Assembly: GCA_947630345.1 (NCBI GenBank)
Contig: CANRHF010000001.1
Coordinates: 5,341 to 69,340, forward strand
From: an uncultured Oscillospiraceae bacterium
Lineage (GTDB): Bacteria; Bacillota; Clostridia; Oscillospirales; Oscillospiraceae
DNA: 64,000 nt
Direction: 5' to 3'
The stretch's first letter is position 1; each line of letters starts with the position of its first letter. Shown here one piece after another: positions 8,803 to 18,575 of this stretch. The notes under the pieces are model-generated. The model was not told the DNA's origin and did no database searches. It saw only the letters and a list, made by a program, of their open reading frames with translations. A program made the translations under genes and the position numbers.

Positions 8803-11800
8803 CGATATGCCGTCCTTTTTTCATCTGCGCCGATCTCTGCCATCCACTCTGCAAACTTTTGGTACAATTCTTGGTCATGCTCTTTGAGCAAGGCTTCCAG
8901 TTCTGCGGCGTTCTCAGTGCCAGTAATGTTATAAACAGGAGAAAATGTGACAACATAAGTTGACGCTTCACTAGCCGCTATCGGCTCGGCAGAGATTGCG
9001 TTGGTCATCGCTCCGTCAGTTGGAACTGCATCAACAGCGTATCCCGCAGTGTTAGCCATTACAGCTTGTACTTCCGGCTCCTGATCCTCCGTGCCCTGGA
9101 TGTAACCGGCCCAAGTCATTTCGGCTTTCTCACGCATGACGCGAGACGGACTGTGGATTTCCAGTTTCGCATCGATTGCGTTCATGGCAGCTTCGGCAAT
9201 TTTGGCGTATGCCTCCTCGACTTGCGGCTGCATACCTATGGTGCCATCAATAAAGCCCTGAATGGTCGCCATTGCGCTTTCCGCAGCTTCTGCCCCGAAA
9301 TCCATAGCATCGACATCTGCTGCAATTTGTTCTTGCAGGCGGTCCATTTCATCGGTAAAGTGGGTCGCCATTTCCGCCAGGCTGTCACTTACCGCGCCTT
9401 GCTCATCCTGCAATACCTGCCAGCTGGCGACCATTGCGGCCAAATCCTCGTCGCTAGCACTGGCAAGGCCGGCGATGGCGTTCACGCTCTCGGCGGATCC
9501 GTCGGCAAAGCTGGCGATCATGTCGCTTAAGCCATCAATACCGCTGGCACGGTCCATCAAGCTTTGCAGATTTGCGTTGTAATCCTGCCAATATGTGACT
9601 TGGCTAGAAAGAGCTTCGTTTATGGTATCTGCGCTGGTTGCAACCACTTCTGCGGCGCTATCCCACAGCTGATATTGTCCATTAACACTGTCAAATGCAG
9701 CGTCGTATGCCTCTGTATAGGCATTTGTAAGCTCCTCTACAGATGCGAATACACTATTTACAGATTCCTGCAGTGCCTGCTGCTGTGCAATGGTGCTGTC
9801 AACGGTCTGCTCGCCTTCGCCCAACGCTGCAGTCAGCCGGTTGACGGCCTCTTCTGTTTCAGCGATTTCTGCCTCAGCCGCATTTACAGCTTCGGCATCA
9901 GCCTGGATCGCGGCTTCATATTCCGCTGCTTCCGCCTGAGCTGCATGGATTTCGACATCATATTGTGCAATGGCATCGGAAAGTCTGTAATACTCTTCAC
10001 TTTCCTCGCCCAAGCAGTTCAGGTAATTGTAGAACTGTGATCCAAGCTCTTTGTTGGCCTTTTCAGCATCCGCCCTTGCGCGAGCTTCAATTTCATGCAT
10101 TCGGGCCTCTGCCGCAGCACGGGCATTGGCTGCATTTTCGCCTTTTACTTGAGCTTCCGTCAGCTTGACTTGGTTCTTTTCAGCTTCCAGCATTACATCC
10201 GCATGAGCGCGGTACATCTCCGTAAGCTGATCTAAATATGCTTGGGCCTTGGCATTCCGCATCCACGCATCGGTATTCGCACGCAATGCCGCAGTCCCGC
10301 CTTCAATGTAGCCATTCTGTACATCGATAAGCCCCGAAAGTTCCGGAACAGTCTCACTAATCAGTGTAAGAATGTTTCGGTATTTCAGTTGTTCTTCAGC
10401 AGACAGGCTTGTATAGTCGCCCATCTCATCTAGTTTATCGATATAATTATTTGCCACATTGGCAGCCGCAAGTGTCGATGCTACAGTGTCGTCATAGGCA
10501 GCAGATGCATCTTCCAGGGTCTTGTTCATTTCCGTGGCGGATGCCGTTAACTCTTCCAGCGACGGCCTCCCATCATCCGCAGCAGATGTCAATGCGACAA
10601 TCCCCGCGGTTAATGCAGCAACGCCCGTAATTGCGCCAAGAATAATACCGACCCCTGGAATGGAGGATGTGAAAAGCTGCATCAAAGGAATTACAACCTT
10701 TGTGATTGCCGCAAAGGCAGTTAGCGCTGCTACTGCCGAACCAAGAACCCCACCAAAAGTTACTACGGCTTTGACCAATGTCGGGTGAGCCTGCAAGAAT
10801 TTATTAACCTCGGTCAGCACATCTGCACCAGCGCCATAAGCGTCTTGCATCGTTGGTGTGAACTGCTCTCCGACTGTTGTTTCTACAGCTTCCCATGCAG
10901 ACTTCAACAGCGCAAGCTGGCCGTTCATATTGTTCATTTTGATCGCCGCCATTTTAGCCGCTTCGCCGGAACAATTATTGATACTTGCCGCCAAACTTGC
11001 GTAGTCTTCATCGGTGGCGTTTAAGATGGCAAGGAGACCCGTATAACCTCTCTCACCGGCCAAAACGGTCGCATTGCTTACCTTTTCCGCCTCCGTCATC
11101 TGGTTGAAATAGCCACGGAGATCATCGATTGTCTCGGAAAAACTGGCCATTGTGCCATCGGCTTTCACCGCTGAGTACTCTACTTCTCCAAATGCCGCAC
11201 TTGTAAGCGTTACTCCGTCCAAAAGCCCGTCAAAAATATTCCGCAGCGCGGTACCTGCGCGGCTGCCCTTTGTGCCGGAGTTGGCCATAAGGCCAACAGC
11301 GATCGCAACATCATTGATGCTATATCCCAGGGCTCCCGCCACACTTGCGGAATTTTTGAACGTCTCGCCCATGACAGCGACGGAAGTATTGGAGTTGGTA
11401 GCTGCTGCCGCAAGCACATCCGAAAAATGAGCAGTGTCGGCTGCTGTAAGGCCAAAGGCAGTTAGGTTGTCTGTGACAATATCGGACACCATTGCCAGAT
11501 CTTCCCCGGAAGCGGCTGCAAGTTGTAGCACACCATCCATACCGCTGAGCATTTCGGCTGCATCCCAGCCTGCCATTGCCATATATCCCATAGCATCGGC
11601 TGACTCTTTGGCGGTAAATTTGGTGGTAGCGCCGAGTTCCTTTGCCTCGCTGCTCAGCGCATTCATTTCTTCGGCAGTCGCTCCGGACAGTGCCTCCACA
11701 TTGGACATGGACGCTTCAAAGTTTCCTGCGACCGTCACGCATTCCATGTAAGCACTGTAGATCTCATGTAGGGCCGCAGCTATTCCAGCAGCGGCAATGA

Positions 11801-12320
11801 CATCCTGAATGGCTTCGAACGCCCGGGTGGAAGACTCTCCAAATTCTTGAGCACCATTAGCTGCTTGTTTCTGCTGAGATCTCAGATCCGCCATCTGTGA
11901 GTCAAGCCGAGCGCTCTCTTTTTCGAGATTCTCGGTATCGACACCGGCAGATTCCAGCGCAGATCCAAGCTGCTGCAGGTTCTGCGTCATCTTTCCGAGG
12001 GAGGCAGTGGTACGATCAATCTGCTGCTGCTTATCAAGCAGTTTGTTTTTTAGCGCAGAGGAGGAATCACCGGTTTCCTGTAATTCCTTTTGGATGTTAT
12101 CATACTGCTGCTGCAACACTACCAGCTTATTCTTGGTCGCTTCAATGGCTTCCTGCTGCTTCTGGAATGCGGAAATATCAGCCTTGACCTTCCCAAGGGC
12201 ACCCAATTCCTTCTCCATAGCAAGGACAGCCTTCTGCGCCGAGCTGAATGTGCTGTTGTAATTGCTCCCTAACTGCGCATCAAGCCGGAATAGCATTTCA
12301 TATTCTTTCCTGCTTGCCAT
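8799..12320 (-). CDS. Tail tape measure protein (TP901 core)
   Basis: 1173 aa, Ala-rich helical; LGATTKFTAKESADAMGYMAMAGW core. Confidence 0.95.
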   Translation of the reverse strand: MASRKEYEMLFRLDAQLGSNYNSTFSSAQKAVLAMEKELGALGKVKADISAFQKQQEAIEATKNKLVVLQQQYDNIQKELQETGDSSSALKNKLLDKQQQIDRTTASLGKMTQNLQQLGSALESAGVDTENLEKESARLDSQMADLRSQQKQAANGAQEFGESSTRAFEAIQDVIAAAGIAAALHEIYSAYMECVTVAGNFEASMSNVEALSGATAEEMNALSSEAKELGATTKFTAKESADAMGYMAMAGWDAAEMLSGMDGVLQLAAASGEDLAMVSDIVTDNLTAFGLTAADTAHFSDVLAAAATNSNTSVAVMGETFKNSASVAGALGYSINDVAIAVGLMANSGTKGSRAGTALRNIFDGLLDGVTLTSAAFGEVEYSAVKADGTMASFSETIDDLRGYFNQMTEAEKVSNATVLAGERGYTGLLAILNATDEDYASLAASINNCSGEAAKMAAIKMNNMNGQLALLKSAWEAVETTVGEQFTPTMQDAYGAGADVLTEVNKFLQAHPTLVKAVVTFGGVLGSAVAALTAFAAITKVVIPLMQLFTSSIPGVGIILGAITGVAALTAGIVALTSAADDGRPSLEELTASATEMNKTLEDASAAYDDTVASTLAAANVANNYIDKLDEMGDYTSLSAEEQLKYRNILTLISETVPELSGLIDVQNGYIEGGTAALRANTDAWMRNAKAQAYLDQLTEMYRAHADVMLEAEKNQVKLTEAQVKGENAANARAAAEARMHEIEARARADAEKANKELGSQFYNYLNCLGEESEEYYRLSDAIAQYDVEIHAAQAEAAEYEAAIQADAEAVNAAEAEIAETEEAVNRLTAALGEGEQTVDSTIAQQQALQESVNSVFASVEELTNAYTEAYDAAFDSVNGQYQLWDSAAEVVATSADTINEALSSQVTYWQDYNANLQSLMDRASGIDGLSDMIASFADGSAESVNAIAGLASASDEDLAAMVASWQVLQDEQGAVSDSLAEMATHFTDEMDRLQEQIAADVDAMDFGAEAAESAMATIQGFIDGTIGMQPQVEEAYAKIAEAAMNAIDAKLEIHSPSRVMREKAEMTWAGYIQGTEDQEPEVQAVMANTAGYAVDAVPTDGAMTNAISAEPIAASEASTYVVTFSPVYNITGTENAAELEALLKEHDQELYQKFAEWMAEIGADEKRTAYR

Positions 12321-12330
12321 TGTCGCCCCC

Positions 12331-12570
12331 CTATCTTCGCTTCTTTGGTTTTTTGCTCCGTACCTGTTGTAACTTTGATCGTTGCTGGTCTCTGGCGTCT
12401 CGAATCTCTTTGGTCAATAAGTTGTTTGCCTCTATCCAGGAAGATAATTCACATAACGAAACAGACAGCCAGAATGAAATGGGAGTATATGTGTTCTGGG
12501 ACAGCACTAAACACTGCCGTCTCAGCCATTGCCCCCCATCGCCGGCTACGACCCCGATTGGAGTAAAAAA
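12331..12570 (-). CDS. -1 frameshift extension of the tail assembly chaperone (gpGT/E+E' type)
   Basis: In-frame slippery T TTT TTA at 12570-12564; the -1 frame has no own start and stays open (..TPISFWLSVSLCELSSWI..) to TAG 12333-12331 just before the TMP. Confidence 0.8.
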   Translation of the reverse strand, partial: FFTPIGVVAGDGGQWLRRQCLVLSQNTYTPISFWLSVSLCELSSWIEANNLLTKEIRDARDQQRSKLQQVRSKKPKKRR

Positions 12571-12929
12571 GATCGCACCATATTGCAGATCCGGTTGAAG
12601 TCCCTGGCGGGAAGGGCCATCAGGACGTCTGAGCCGACCTTATCGGTGCAGGCGCGAGCTGCAAAGCGGACCTGGTACTCGCAACTGAACTCTCGGACGG
12701 GCACTGTAATACCATGAGCGCGGAGCTCCTGCTCAATGGACAAGCACCCATACCCATTCACCGAGTCAAAGTCAAAATGCAATTCCTTGAAGGTTCTCCC
12801 CTCATAGGTAAAAGGCTTCGCAAAAGAGTGGGTATATACTTCAGCGGTTGTAGCTTCAGCCGAAGTCAACTCTTCGGGCGAAATGATCATAGCCTGGTTA
12901 TTAGAATCAGAAGTGTTGATAACTTCCAT
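12546..12929 (-). CDS. Tail assembly chaperone
   Basis: Between tube and TMP; KPFTYEG and LPARDFNRI motifs. Confidence 0.85.
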   Translation of the reverse strand: MEVINTSDSNNQAMIISPEELTSAEATTAEVYTHSFAKPFTYEGRTFKELHFDFDSVNGYGCLSIEQELRAHGITVPVREFSCEYQVRFAARACTDKVGSDVLMALPARDFNRICNMVRSFLLQSGS

Positions 12930-12950
12930 AAACTGCTCCTTTCAAACGAT

Positions 12951-12980
12951 ATCCCAGGGCGATTAGTCTCGCCCTGGGAT
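12951..12980. promoter_or_regulatory. 12-bp stem-loop between tube and chaperone genes
   Basis: ATCCCAGGGCGA/TCGCCCTGGGAT; lacks a good U-tract on the minus strand. Confidence 0.45.
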
Positions 12981-12988
12981 GCATGATT

Positions 12989-13498
12989 TTATTTTCCGAG
13001 CGCTTTGCGGACAGGTGACAAGTAGTCCACTCCGTTGACTTCACAAATGAAATTAAGTGGATCAACCTCACGGACTTTTTCCCCGTCGATATAGGTGGCC
13101 CAGTACCGGACCGCATATTCACCTGACCCATCATTGGGCGAAGCGGGCGCAACTGTGCCGGCATTGTCAACCTTCGGGATCGCAACGAAGATGTGCTTTA
13201 CCGCCTGCACTTTAATGGTCCCGGATACAGGGTCTTCGGTCTGTTGAGCGATACGAAGGTCAATTGTATGGCGCCGAGGCTCAGACAGGCGGATCGTATG
13301 CTGATTTACAGTGCGAAAAGCAAGGACCAGGGTCAGCGCATCGTAGTGGCCAAGGATAACCGACTCGATATTCCCCGCAACCCCGGCACCGGAAATAGAC
13401 TGAGTAAGCGCGTTCAGGCTGGGCATTGTTGCGCTTGCCATTCCCAGGTACTCCGAGCTATCTTCATAGACCGAAAAGTTAATGGTACTCTGATCCAT
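12989..13498 (-). CDS. Major tail tube protein (P2 FII-like)
   Basis: INFSVY, ISGAGVAG, EVDPLN..VNGVDYL motifs. Confidence 0.9.
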   Translation of the reverse strand: MDQSTINFSVYEDSSEYLGMASATMPSLNALTQSISGAGVAGNIESVILGHYDALTLVLAFRTVNQHTIRLSEPRRHTIDLRIAQQTEDPVSGTIKVQAVKHIFVAIPKVDNAGTVAPASPNDGSGEYAVRYWATYIDGEKVREVDPLNFICEVNGVDYLSPVRKALGK

Positions 13499-13501
13499 AT
13501 A

Positions 13502-14938
13502 TTATTCCTCCCTTATCAAAGCGCTGGAAACATAGGCAGCGTCATATTCCAGGACAAAATTGATTTCCTGGGCGGGGCTCGCAGGCGTCATGTAGATGTG
13601 GATTTTGACGATTCCCGCCATCAGATCCGTTATCGGGTTCTCATCTTCCACCATCACGGCCCGTGCGCCCAGAAGATAGCCGCTGCCCACCAGGCCATTC
13701 AGCCAGATATTGCAGGTATCCAGGATGTTGTCAATGAGCCGGCGGTTCATCGGCTTGTCCAACTTAGCCCAGAATGTGCGGACCACTGTATTGCCGACCC
13801 AATCGAACATTCTAGACACCGGAATATAGTAATTCTTCACGTCTGTGTCAGCAGGGTAGCAGGCGGTGTAGTCACCCCAGCACACCCAACCGCTGGACAT
13901 GAAGTTCAGGCAGGTGACGATGCCATTGGCGTTGAGTATATTGGCCTGTTCCAGCGTCAGATTTACCTCCGTACCATCCTCCAAGCAAGCTCCGTCCATC
14001 TGGAAATTCTTGTTGCTGGGAGATTCATAGGGACATCCGCCGTTCTGGGTGTCAACCTGTGCCATCAGGCCGGCGACCTGTGTGGACATGTGGAATTGGT
14101 AGCCTCCTAGTTTCTGCATCGGCCAACAGATGATCTGGTTTTCATCGACAAAGTTACGGTCTGTCTTTGCCTTCGCTGCTTCGGAGTACTCCCTCACACC
14201 AGATGCGCCACAGTCCAGGTCGATCAACGCCTTGCCGCCAAACAGGCTATTCAAGGAGGCTGCTTTCGTTGCCATAACCGCCGCAACAGCCGTCTTATGG
14301 GAGAACCCAGGAGCACAAATCAGATCTGGGATAACCGCCACCGTGCTCATGCAGGCGTCGACCATATTCAGGCCGGCTACGATAGTAGTATCTTCCACTG
14401 CATCCACTTTGACCTGCTTTCCTGCCACGTTAATAGTACCCTCGTTGTATGCGTCGCCCGTGGACAGCAGCTCGATATAGCAGGCGTCATCATCTTCCGA
14501 ATATACGACGACGTAATCCTGGTCCTTGATGTAAGTAGTTTCTTCTTCCCCTCCCTTCTTGACAACCAAATTGTCATCATTGATCAGAGCAAACGGGAGT
14601 TTCGCCTTATGGTCAACAACCGGGTAATCATTGGCCGTAAGATCTGTATTGGACTTTGTAAAGTCCAATACATTGCAGAAAATGACCGGCTGGCACCCAA
14701 AAAGCTGGAAATGCGAGTACATGAACTCGCACAGCGTATAGGTCTTCCAGTCATACGAAAACCCCAGCTTTTTCACGGCCTCATCCCAACTCGTGACAAG
14801 GATCGGGGTATTGGCCTTTCCCGGATTTGTTGCGGAATGCATAGGCGCAAGTCCTACAACAAAGGGGATCCCAGAACCGGCAACATTTGGAGTACTGATT
14901 GCTGTCGCCTGTTCCTTCACATATACACCATGATTCAT
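13502..14938 (-). CDS. Tail sheath protein
   Basis: HGVYVKE start, PDLICAPGFS, ESPSNK, ANILNANGIVT. Confidence 0.93.
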   Translation of the reverse strand: MNHGVYVKEQATAISTPNVAGSGIPFVVGLAPMHSATNPGKANTPILVTSWDEAVKKLGFSYDWKTYTLCEFMYSHFQLFGCQPVIFCNVLDFTKSNTDLTANDYPVVDHKAKLPFALINDDNLVVKKGGEEETTYIKDQDYVVVYSEDDDACYIELLSTGDAYNEGTINVAGKQVKVDAVEDTTIVAGLNMVDACMSTVAVIPDLICAPGFSHKTAVAAVMATKAASLNSLFGGKALIDLDCGASGVREYSEAAKAKTDRNFVDENQIICWPMQKLGGYQFHMSTQVAGLMAQVDTQNGGCPYESPSNKNFQMDGACLEDGTEVNLTLEQANILNANGIVTCLNFMSSGWVCWGDYTACYPADTDVKNYYIPVSRMFDWVGNTVVRTFWAKLDKPMNRRLIDNILDTCNIWLNGLVGSGYLLGARAVMVEDENPITDLMAGIVKIHIYMTPASPAQEINFVLEYDAAYVSSALIREE

Positions 14939-14953
14939 TGCGTTATAACCTCC

Positions 14954-15241
14954 TTACTGCCCCCGGAGTATGCGCTGATAATTTGAGTACAGTGCGTTTC
15001 CGGGCTTTTTTACATTGATCCTGTCAACTGCCAGAGTGTCTCCCGGCACAATCAACGTCTGAACGAGCGGATTGTACATGATCGCAGCAGAAGCTGATTT
15101 CAACGCTTCCTCTCTGGTTCCAATGTAGATTGCGCCATTCTGGATAAGGCCCCGAATGGAAGGCCCAATATAGCAGAAAAAGCCTGAATCATTCTGCTTT
15201 TGCTCTGGCGCTTTGAGTACTGTCTTTTTGGCTACAGCCAT
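14954..15241 (-). CDS. Hypothetical neck/tail protein
   Basis: YIGPS motif; coupled in the structural operon. Confidence 0.65.
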   Translation of the reverse strand: MAVAKKTVLKAPEQKQNDSGFFCYIGPSIRGLIQNGAIYIGTREEALKSASAAIMYNPLVQTLIVPGDTLAVDRINVKKPGNALYSNYQRILRGQ

Positions 15242-15726
15242 TCTCTTACCTCTCTTTCAACTGCGGGGAGTTTCCAGGTAGAAATCATCTCTCCAGCAAA
15301 ATATGGTGCGGTATCGTCAGGGTAAACTAGCGACTCTAGGCCCGCTTCCATATCAAGCTGAAACTGCTTACCAATGACTCTTTTTTTCAGCAAATGGATC
15401 CGCAATCGTTCCATCAGGCCCAGCAAAGCGAGCCCACCTTGCTGCTCATCTTGATGATAGACGCAAAAAATGGTCCGAACAGTAGCTTCAGCATTGGTAA
15501 TGGTTTTTGCGGGTTGAGAATCTTTTCCGGTTATGAATTGATGCAAAACATATGGGGCTTTTTTCTTCGCAGATTGACTATCCGGCAAGCGCATTAAAAA
15601 GACTTCTGGCGTGCGGGGCTCTGGCTCCAAGGGATCCTCCCTTTGCTTTGCAACCGGCAGAAATAGGTCCTGTGTTGCAAGCTCTGTTTCTACCTTCAAT
15701 GTTTCTAGCAAATTTACTCTAGTCAT
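15232..15726 (-). CDS. Putative tail terminator/completion protein
   Basis: Position before sheath; PYFAGEMISTW C-terminal motif. Confidence 0.6.
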   Translation of the reverse strand: MTRVNLLETLKVETELATQDLFLPVAKQREDPLEPEPRTPEVFLMRLPDSQSAKKKAPYVLHQFITGKDSQPAKTITNAEATVRTIFCVYHQDEQQGGLALLGLMERLRIHLLKKRVIGKQFQLDMEAGLESLVYPDDTAPYFAGEMISTWKLPAVEREVREWL

Positions 15727-15728
15727 CG

Positions 15729-16340
15729 TTATCCACCCCAGCCATTAAGGACCCGAATAATCTCATGATCGATTCGCTTTTCGTAAGTGTCGATCATTTT
15801 GGCCTCTACATTGTCTATAACGGCTTCGTTTGCATACATCATTTGCGGGGTGGCAGGTCCGTACAGTTCCTTCACAGGACGCTTTTTGACCCCCACACGC
15901 TCATATATGCCTCTGTGCCCGCCCATTTGAGCTACAAAGGCCCTATCCAGCGTTTGTGCCGCTCCAGACCGCTTGACCTGGGCTACAATACGCCCGTCTT
16001 TTCCGACCTTGGTATTGAATTGTATGAGCGGAATAACATAGCCATAGAATCCAAACACCACAGAAAGGCTTCCATACGATTCGTGGACAAAATGATTGAT
16101 ATTTTTGGTCCTCTGCAAGAATTCGCCTTGACTGATAGTGTATTCTTTTGTGACAGCACTCTTCGCGGCGGTCTTGCCTGCCGCTGCGGCCCTGGACAGT
16201 GCGCTTCCAACCGCTCTGTAAACGCCACGGTCTATCCCCGCAAGCAGCGTCTCAACTTTATCCAGGCTGTACTCAGCGACTTCAAGAATGATTCCGCCGT
16301 AGACAGCATGGCGCTCATAGAACGATGATATATTGCTCAC
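15729..16340 (-). CDS. Minor tail protein Z-like (GTG start inferred)
   Basis: RGIYERVG..RPVKELYGPATPQM; GTGA overlap with upstream stop. Confidence 0.7.
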   Translation of the reverse strand: MSNISSFYERHAVYGGIILEVAEYSLDKVETLLAGIDRGVYRAVGSALSRAAAAGKTAAKSAVTKEYTISQGEFLQRTKNINHFVHESYGSLSVVFGFYGYVIPLIQFNTKVGKDGRIVAQVKRSGAAQTLDRAFVAQMGGHRGIYERVGVKKRPVKELYGPATPQMMYANEAVIDNVEAKMIDTYEKRIDHEIIRVLNGWGG

Positions 16341-16705
16341 TCGTCTATCGCCTCCAGCCAAACTTTGAGAAGTCCATTCTCTGTGGTAGATCTGGAAATA
16401 TAGTACGGGCAGAAGAAGCCTCCGCCACCCTCCTCATCATTAAGGAACATTTTCTGCCCACTCTCGGGAAGATTTCCGCCCAGGTCTGAGAGCGCGCAAA
16501 AAAGAAGATGTGTCGCTTGGTAGAGTCCTTGGACGTGATCATCATTCAGCCTGGGCCGTTTGTCCTGTACGACCTCATCCAGTACAACGGGGATATCCTC
16601 ATACTTCTTGCCGTCATAGATCACAGAACGCTTTTCGCCGAACTCGTCTACATTCAAGAAAGTTGTGAAGATATCCTGGGCGACCATGTCCTTGAATACG
16701 CTCAT
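16337..16705 (-). CDS. Putative head-tail joining protein
   Basis: FKDMVAQDI..FLNVDEFGE motif; position after capsid genes. Confidence 0.65.
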   Translation of the reverse strand: MSVFKDMVAQDIFTTFLNVDEFGEKRSVIYDGKKYEDIPVVLDEVVQDKRPRLNDDHVQGLYQATHLLFCALSDLGGNLPESGQKMFLNDEEGGGGFFCPYYISRSTTENGLLKVWLEAIDE

Positions 16706-17085
16706 GCGGTGGGTTCCTCAGCCCCCAGGCTGGGGACGTCCGGATCCTCCTCGGCGGCTGGTTCCTGGGAAGGCTCCGGGTCAGCGTCAGTGGCGAAGTG
16801 AGCGTCCAGGATGTCAATCACGTCCTGCTTCCTCTTGGCCTTGGACGCATCCAGGCCGAGATAGGCGGCAATGCCCTGGAGCTGCTTCATCGTCATACCG
16901 GCGTCGTAGCGGATGGTCTTTTGGGGTTCCTCCACGCCGACCTGCTCCGTAACATCCACGACGTACTCAGCCACGCCCCGCTTCACCAGGCGCTCCTCCT
17001 TTGGCTGGGAGAGGGAAAACGGGCCGTCACCGGCCCGTCTCAACCCATCTTTGGTGGCGCACACGCCACATTTCAGCCTGATCAT
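16702..17085 (-). CDS. Head-associated hypothetical protein (DNA packaging FI-like position, HeH-like segment)
   Basis: RLVKRGVAEYV and MTMKQLQGIA..LGLD..KQDVIDI segments; acidic tail. Confidence 0.6.
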   Translation of the reverse strand: MIRLKCGVCATKDGLRRAGDGPFSLSQPKEERLVKRGVAEYVVDVTEQVGVEEPQKTIRYDAGMTMKQLQGIAAYLGLDASKAKRKQDVIDILDAHFATDADPEPSQEPAAEEDPDVPSLGAEEPTA

Positions 17086-17108
17086 GCCTTTCTCCTTTCT
17101 CCTTGTCC

Positions 17109-18191
17109 TCAGTCCAGGACGCCTGTAGCGACAGACCAGGGGGCGATAGTATTGGGCACAAACAGCGGCCGGCAGGACAGTTGGGTCTCCTTTGCCTGGG
17201 GCCGAATGGTGAAAATGTGCAGGGGGACGCGGGTACCGGCATAGGTGTGGTACTGGCCGTCGCTCTCCAACTGGGTTACTGCGCCGTAGAGGCCACGGCC
17301 GCAGTTGGGGGCGGTCACGATGACGGTGCCGTTGGGGACATAGGGAACGTCCTTCTTTTTCTCTTTGTAGGTGCCGTCGCTGACTAGGATATCCAGCCGA
17401 CGGCCATTAAAGTTGATGACGCCCAGGCCGGTGACGTACTCGGTCAGCACATCGGGGGCAATGCGGCCCATCTCCATGCGCCGGTTGTCCAGAGCAGCCA
17501 TGATCCAGGGATCTTCTTGCAAAAATGCGCCGACGTCGGAGGCTACCAGAACCTCCCGGGCAGGCAGGCCCCGGCTGGTCAGCATCTTGACCATGGAGCA
17601 AATGTCCCAGTACCAGTTTCCGATCTCCCAGGACCCAGAGGCCATGGTGCTGTGCTTCCAGGGCTCGGTGGGAGTGAACACGGCAGGGTTGTTCTGCCCG
17701 TCGTAGAACTGCACCTTGACATCCTCGAAGACATCCTCACGGTCTGTCTGGTGGCGCATGGTGCAGCCGTTGTTGATCATGGTCTGGACCGCCAACCACT
17801 CCTCGGTGCGGGAAATTCGGCCGGACAGATCCTTCAAATCATGGAGGAGCAGCATCCGGGCGCGGTCAGCGGGGGTGGCCTCGCTCATAATCGCCTCGCC
17901 GAAGCCACGCTTCTGCAGCTGGTCCACGGTCAGGGGGATAGAGATACTGATATTGCCAGGCTCCAGCTCGTAGGTGCTGAATCCGTCACGCCCCACAGGC
18001 AGGCTGCCGATGCGGGGCAGGACGAAGGGTGCCATCTCCTGGCCCTCCTCCTTGTAGTCCGCCAGGACCTTGGATGTGCCGAACACATCCATTTTGATGT
18101 TGGTGGGGAAATACCGGCGCTTGAAGAAGGTGTGCTCGGGGCGCATCGTCCTCACAGCCGCCAGCATATAGTAGGTGCTGTAAATATCCAT
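17109..18191 (-). CDS. Major capsid protein (lambda gpE family)
   Basis: TFFKRRYFP, MAPFVLP, RTEEWLAVQ, GLYGAVTQ, SCRPLFVP. Confidence 0.9.
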   Translation of the reverse strand: MDIYSTYYMLAAVRTMRPEHTFFKRRYFPTNIKMDVFGTSKVLADYKEEGQEMAPFVLPRIGSLPVGRDGFSTYELEPGNISISIPLTVDQLQKRGFGEAIMSEATPADRARMLLLHDLKDLSGRISRTEEWLAVQTMINNGCTMRHQTDREDVFEDVKVQFYDGQNNPAVFTPTEPWKHSTMASGSWEIGNWYWDICSMVKMLTSRGLPAREVLVASDVGAFLQEDPWIMAALDNRRMEMGRIAPDVLTEYVTGLGVINFNGRRLDILVSDGTYKEKKKDVPYVPNGTVIVTAPNCGRGLYGAVTQLESDGQYHTYAGTRVPLHIFTIRPQAKETQLSCRPLFVPNTIAPWSVATGVLD

Positions 18192-18202
18192 GTTGAGCCT
18201 CC

Positions 18203-18574
18203 TTACTCCTGCATATCAGTCAGGATGATGTTGTAGTGGCGGAGAACGTCTCTCACGGTGTTGTCGATCTCCACCTCGCCCTCCGGCTTGCCGGCCACGG
18301 CGTGGACATTGAAGTTGCCGCTGGTGTAGGCCACGGCGACAGCTCCCTCGGTCGCGTCCACGTCGTCGGCCAGGATGCAGTTGGCCTTGTCCTTGGTCTC
18401 CGTAGTCAGGGCCTTATACTCGCTTCCATCCTCCGTGGTCAGGATGGTGCCACGGGGCAGTTTGCCTTCCTCGGCGGCGATCTTCACGCCCGTGGTCAGG
18501 GCACGGGGGAACAGGCTGGCAATCAGGTTGTCCTGGCTTGTCTCGCCGACTTTCCTGCACAAATCTTTGTTCAT
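18203..18574 (-). CDS. Head decoration protein (gpD-like)
   Basis: LPRGTIL, CILADDVD, AYTSGNFN; between protease and capsid. Confidence 0.82.
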   Translation of the reverse strand: MNKDLCRKVGETSQDNLIASLFPRALTTGVKIAAEEGKLPRGTILTTEDGSEYKALTTETKDKANCILADDVDATEGAVAVAYTSGNFNVHAVAGKPEGEVEIDNTVRDVLRHYNIILTDMQE

Positions 18575-18575
18575 C

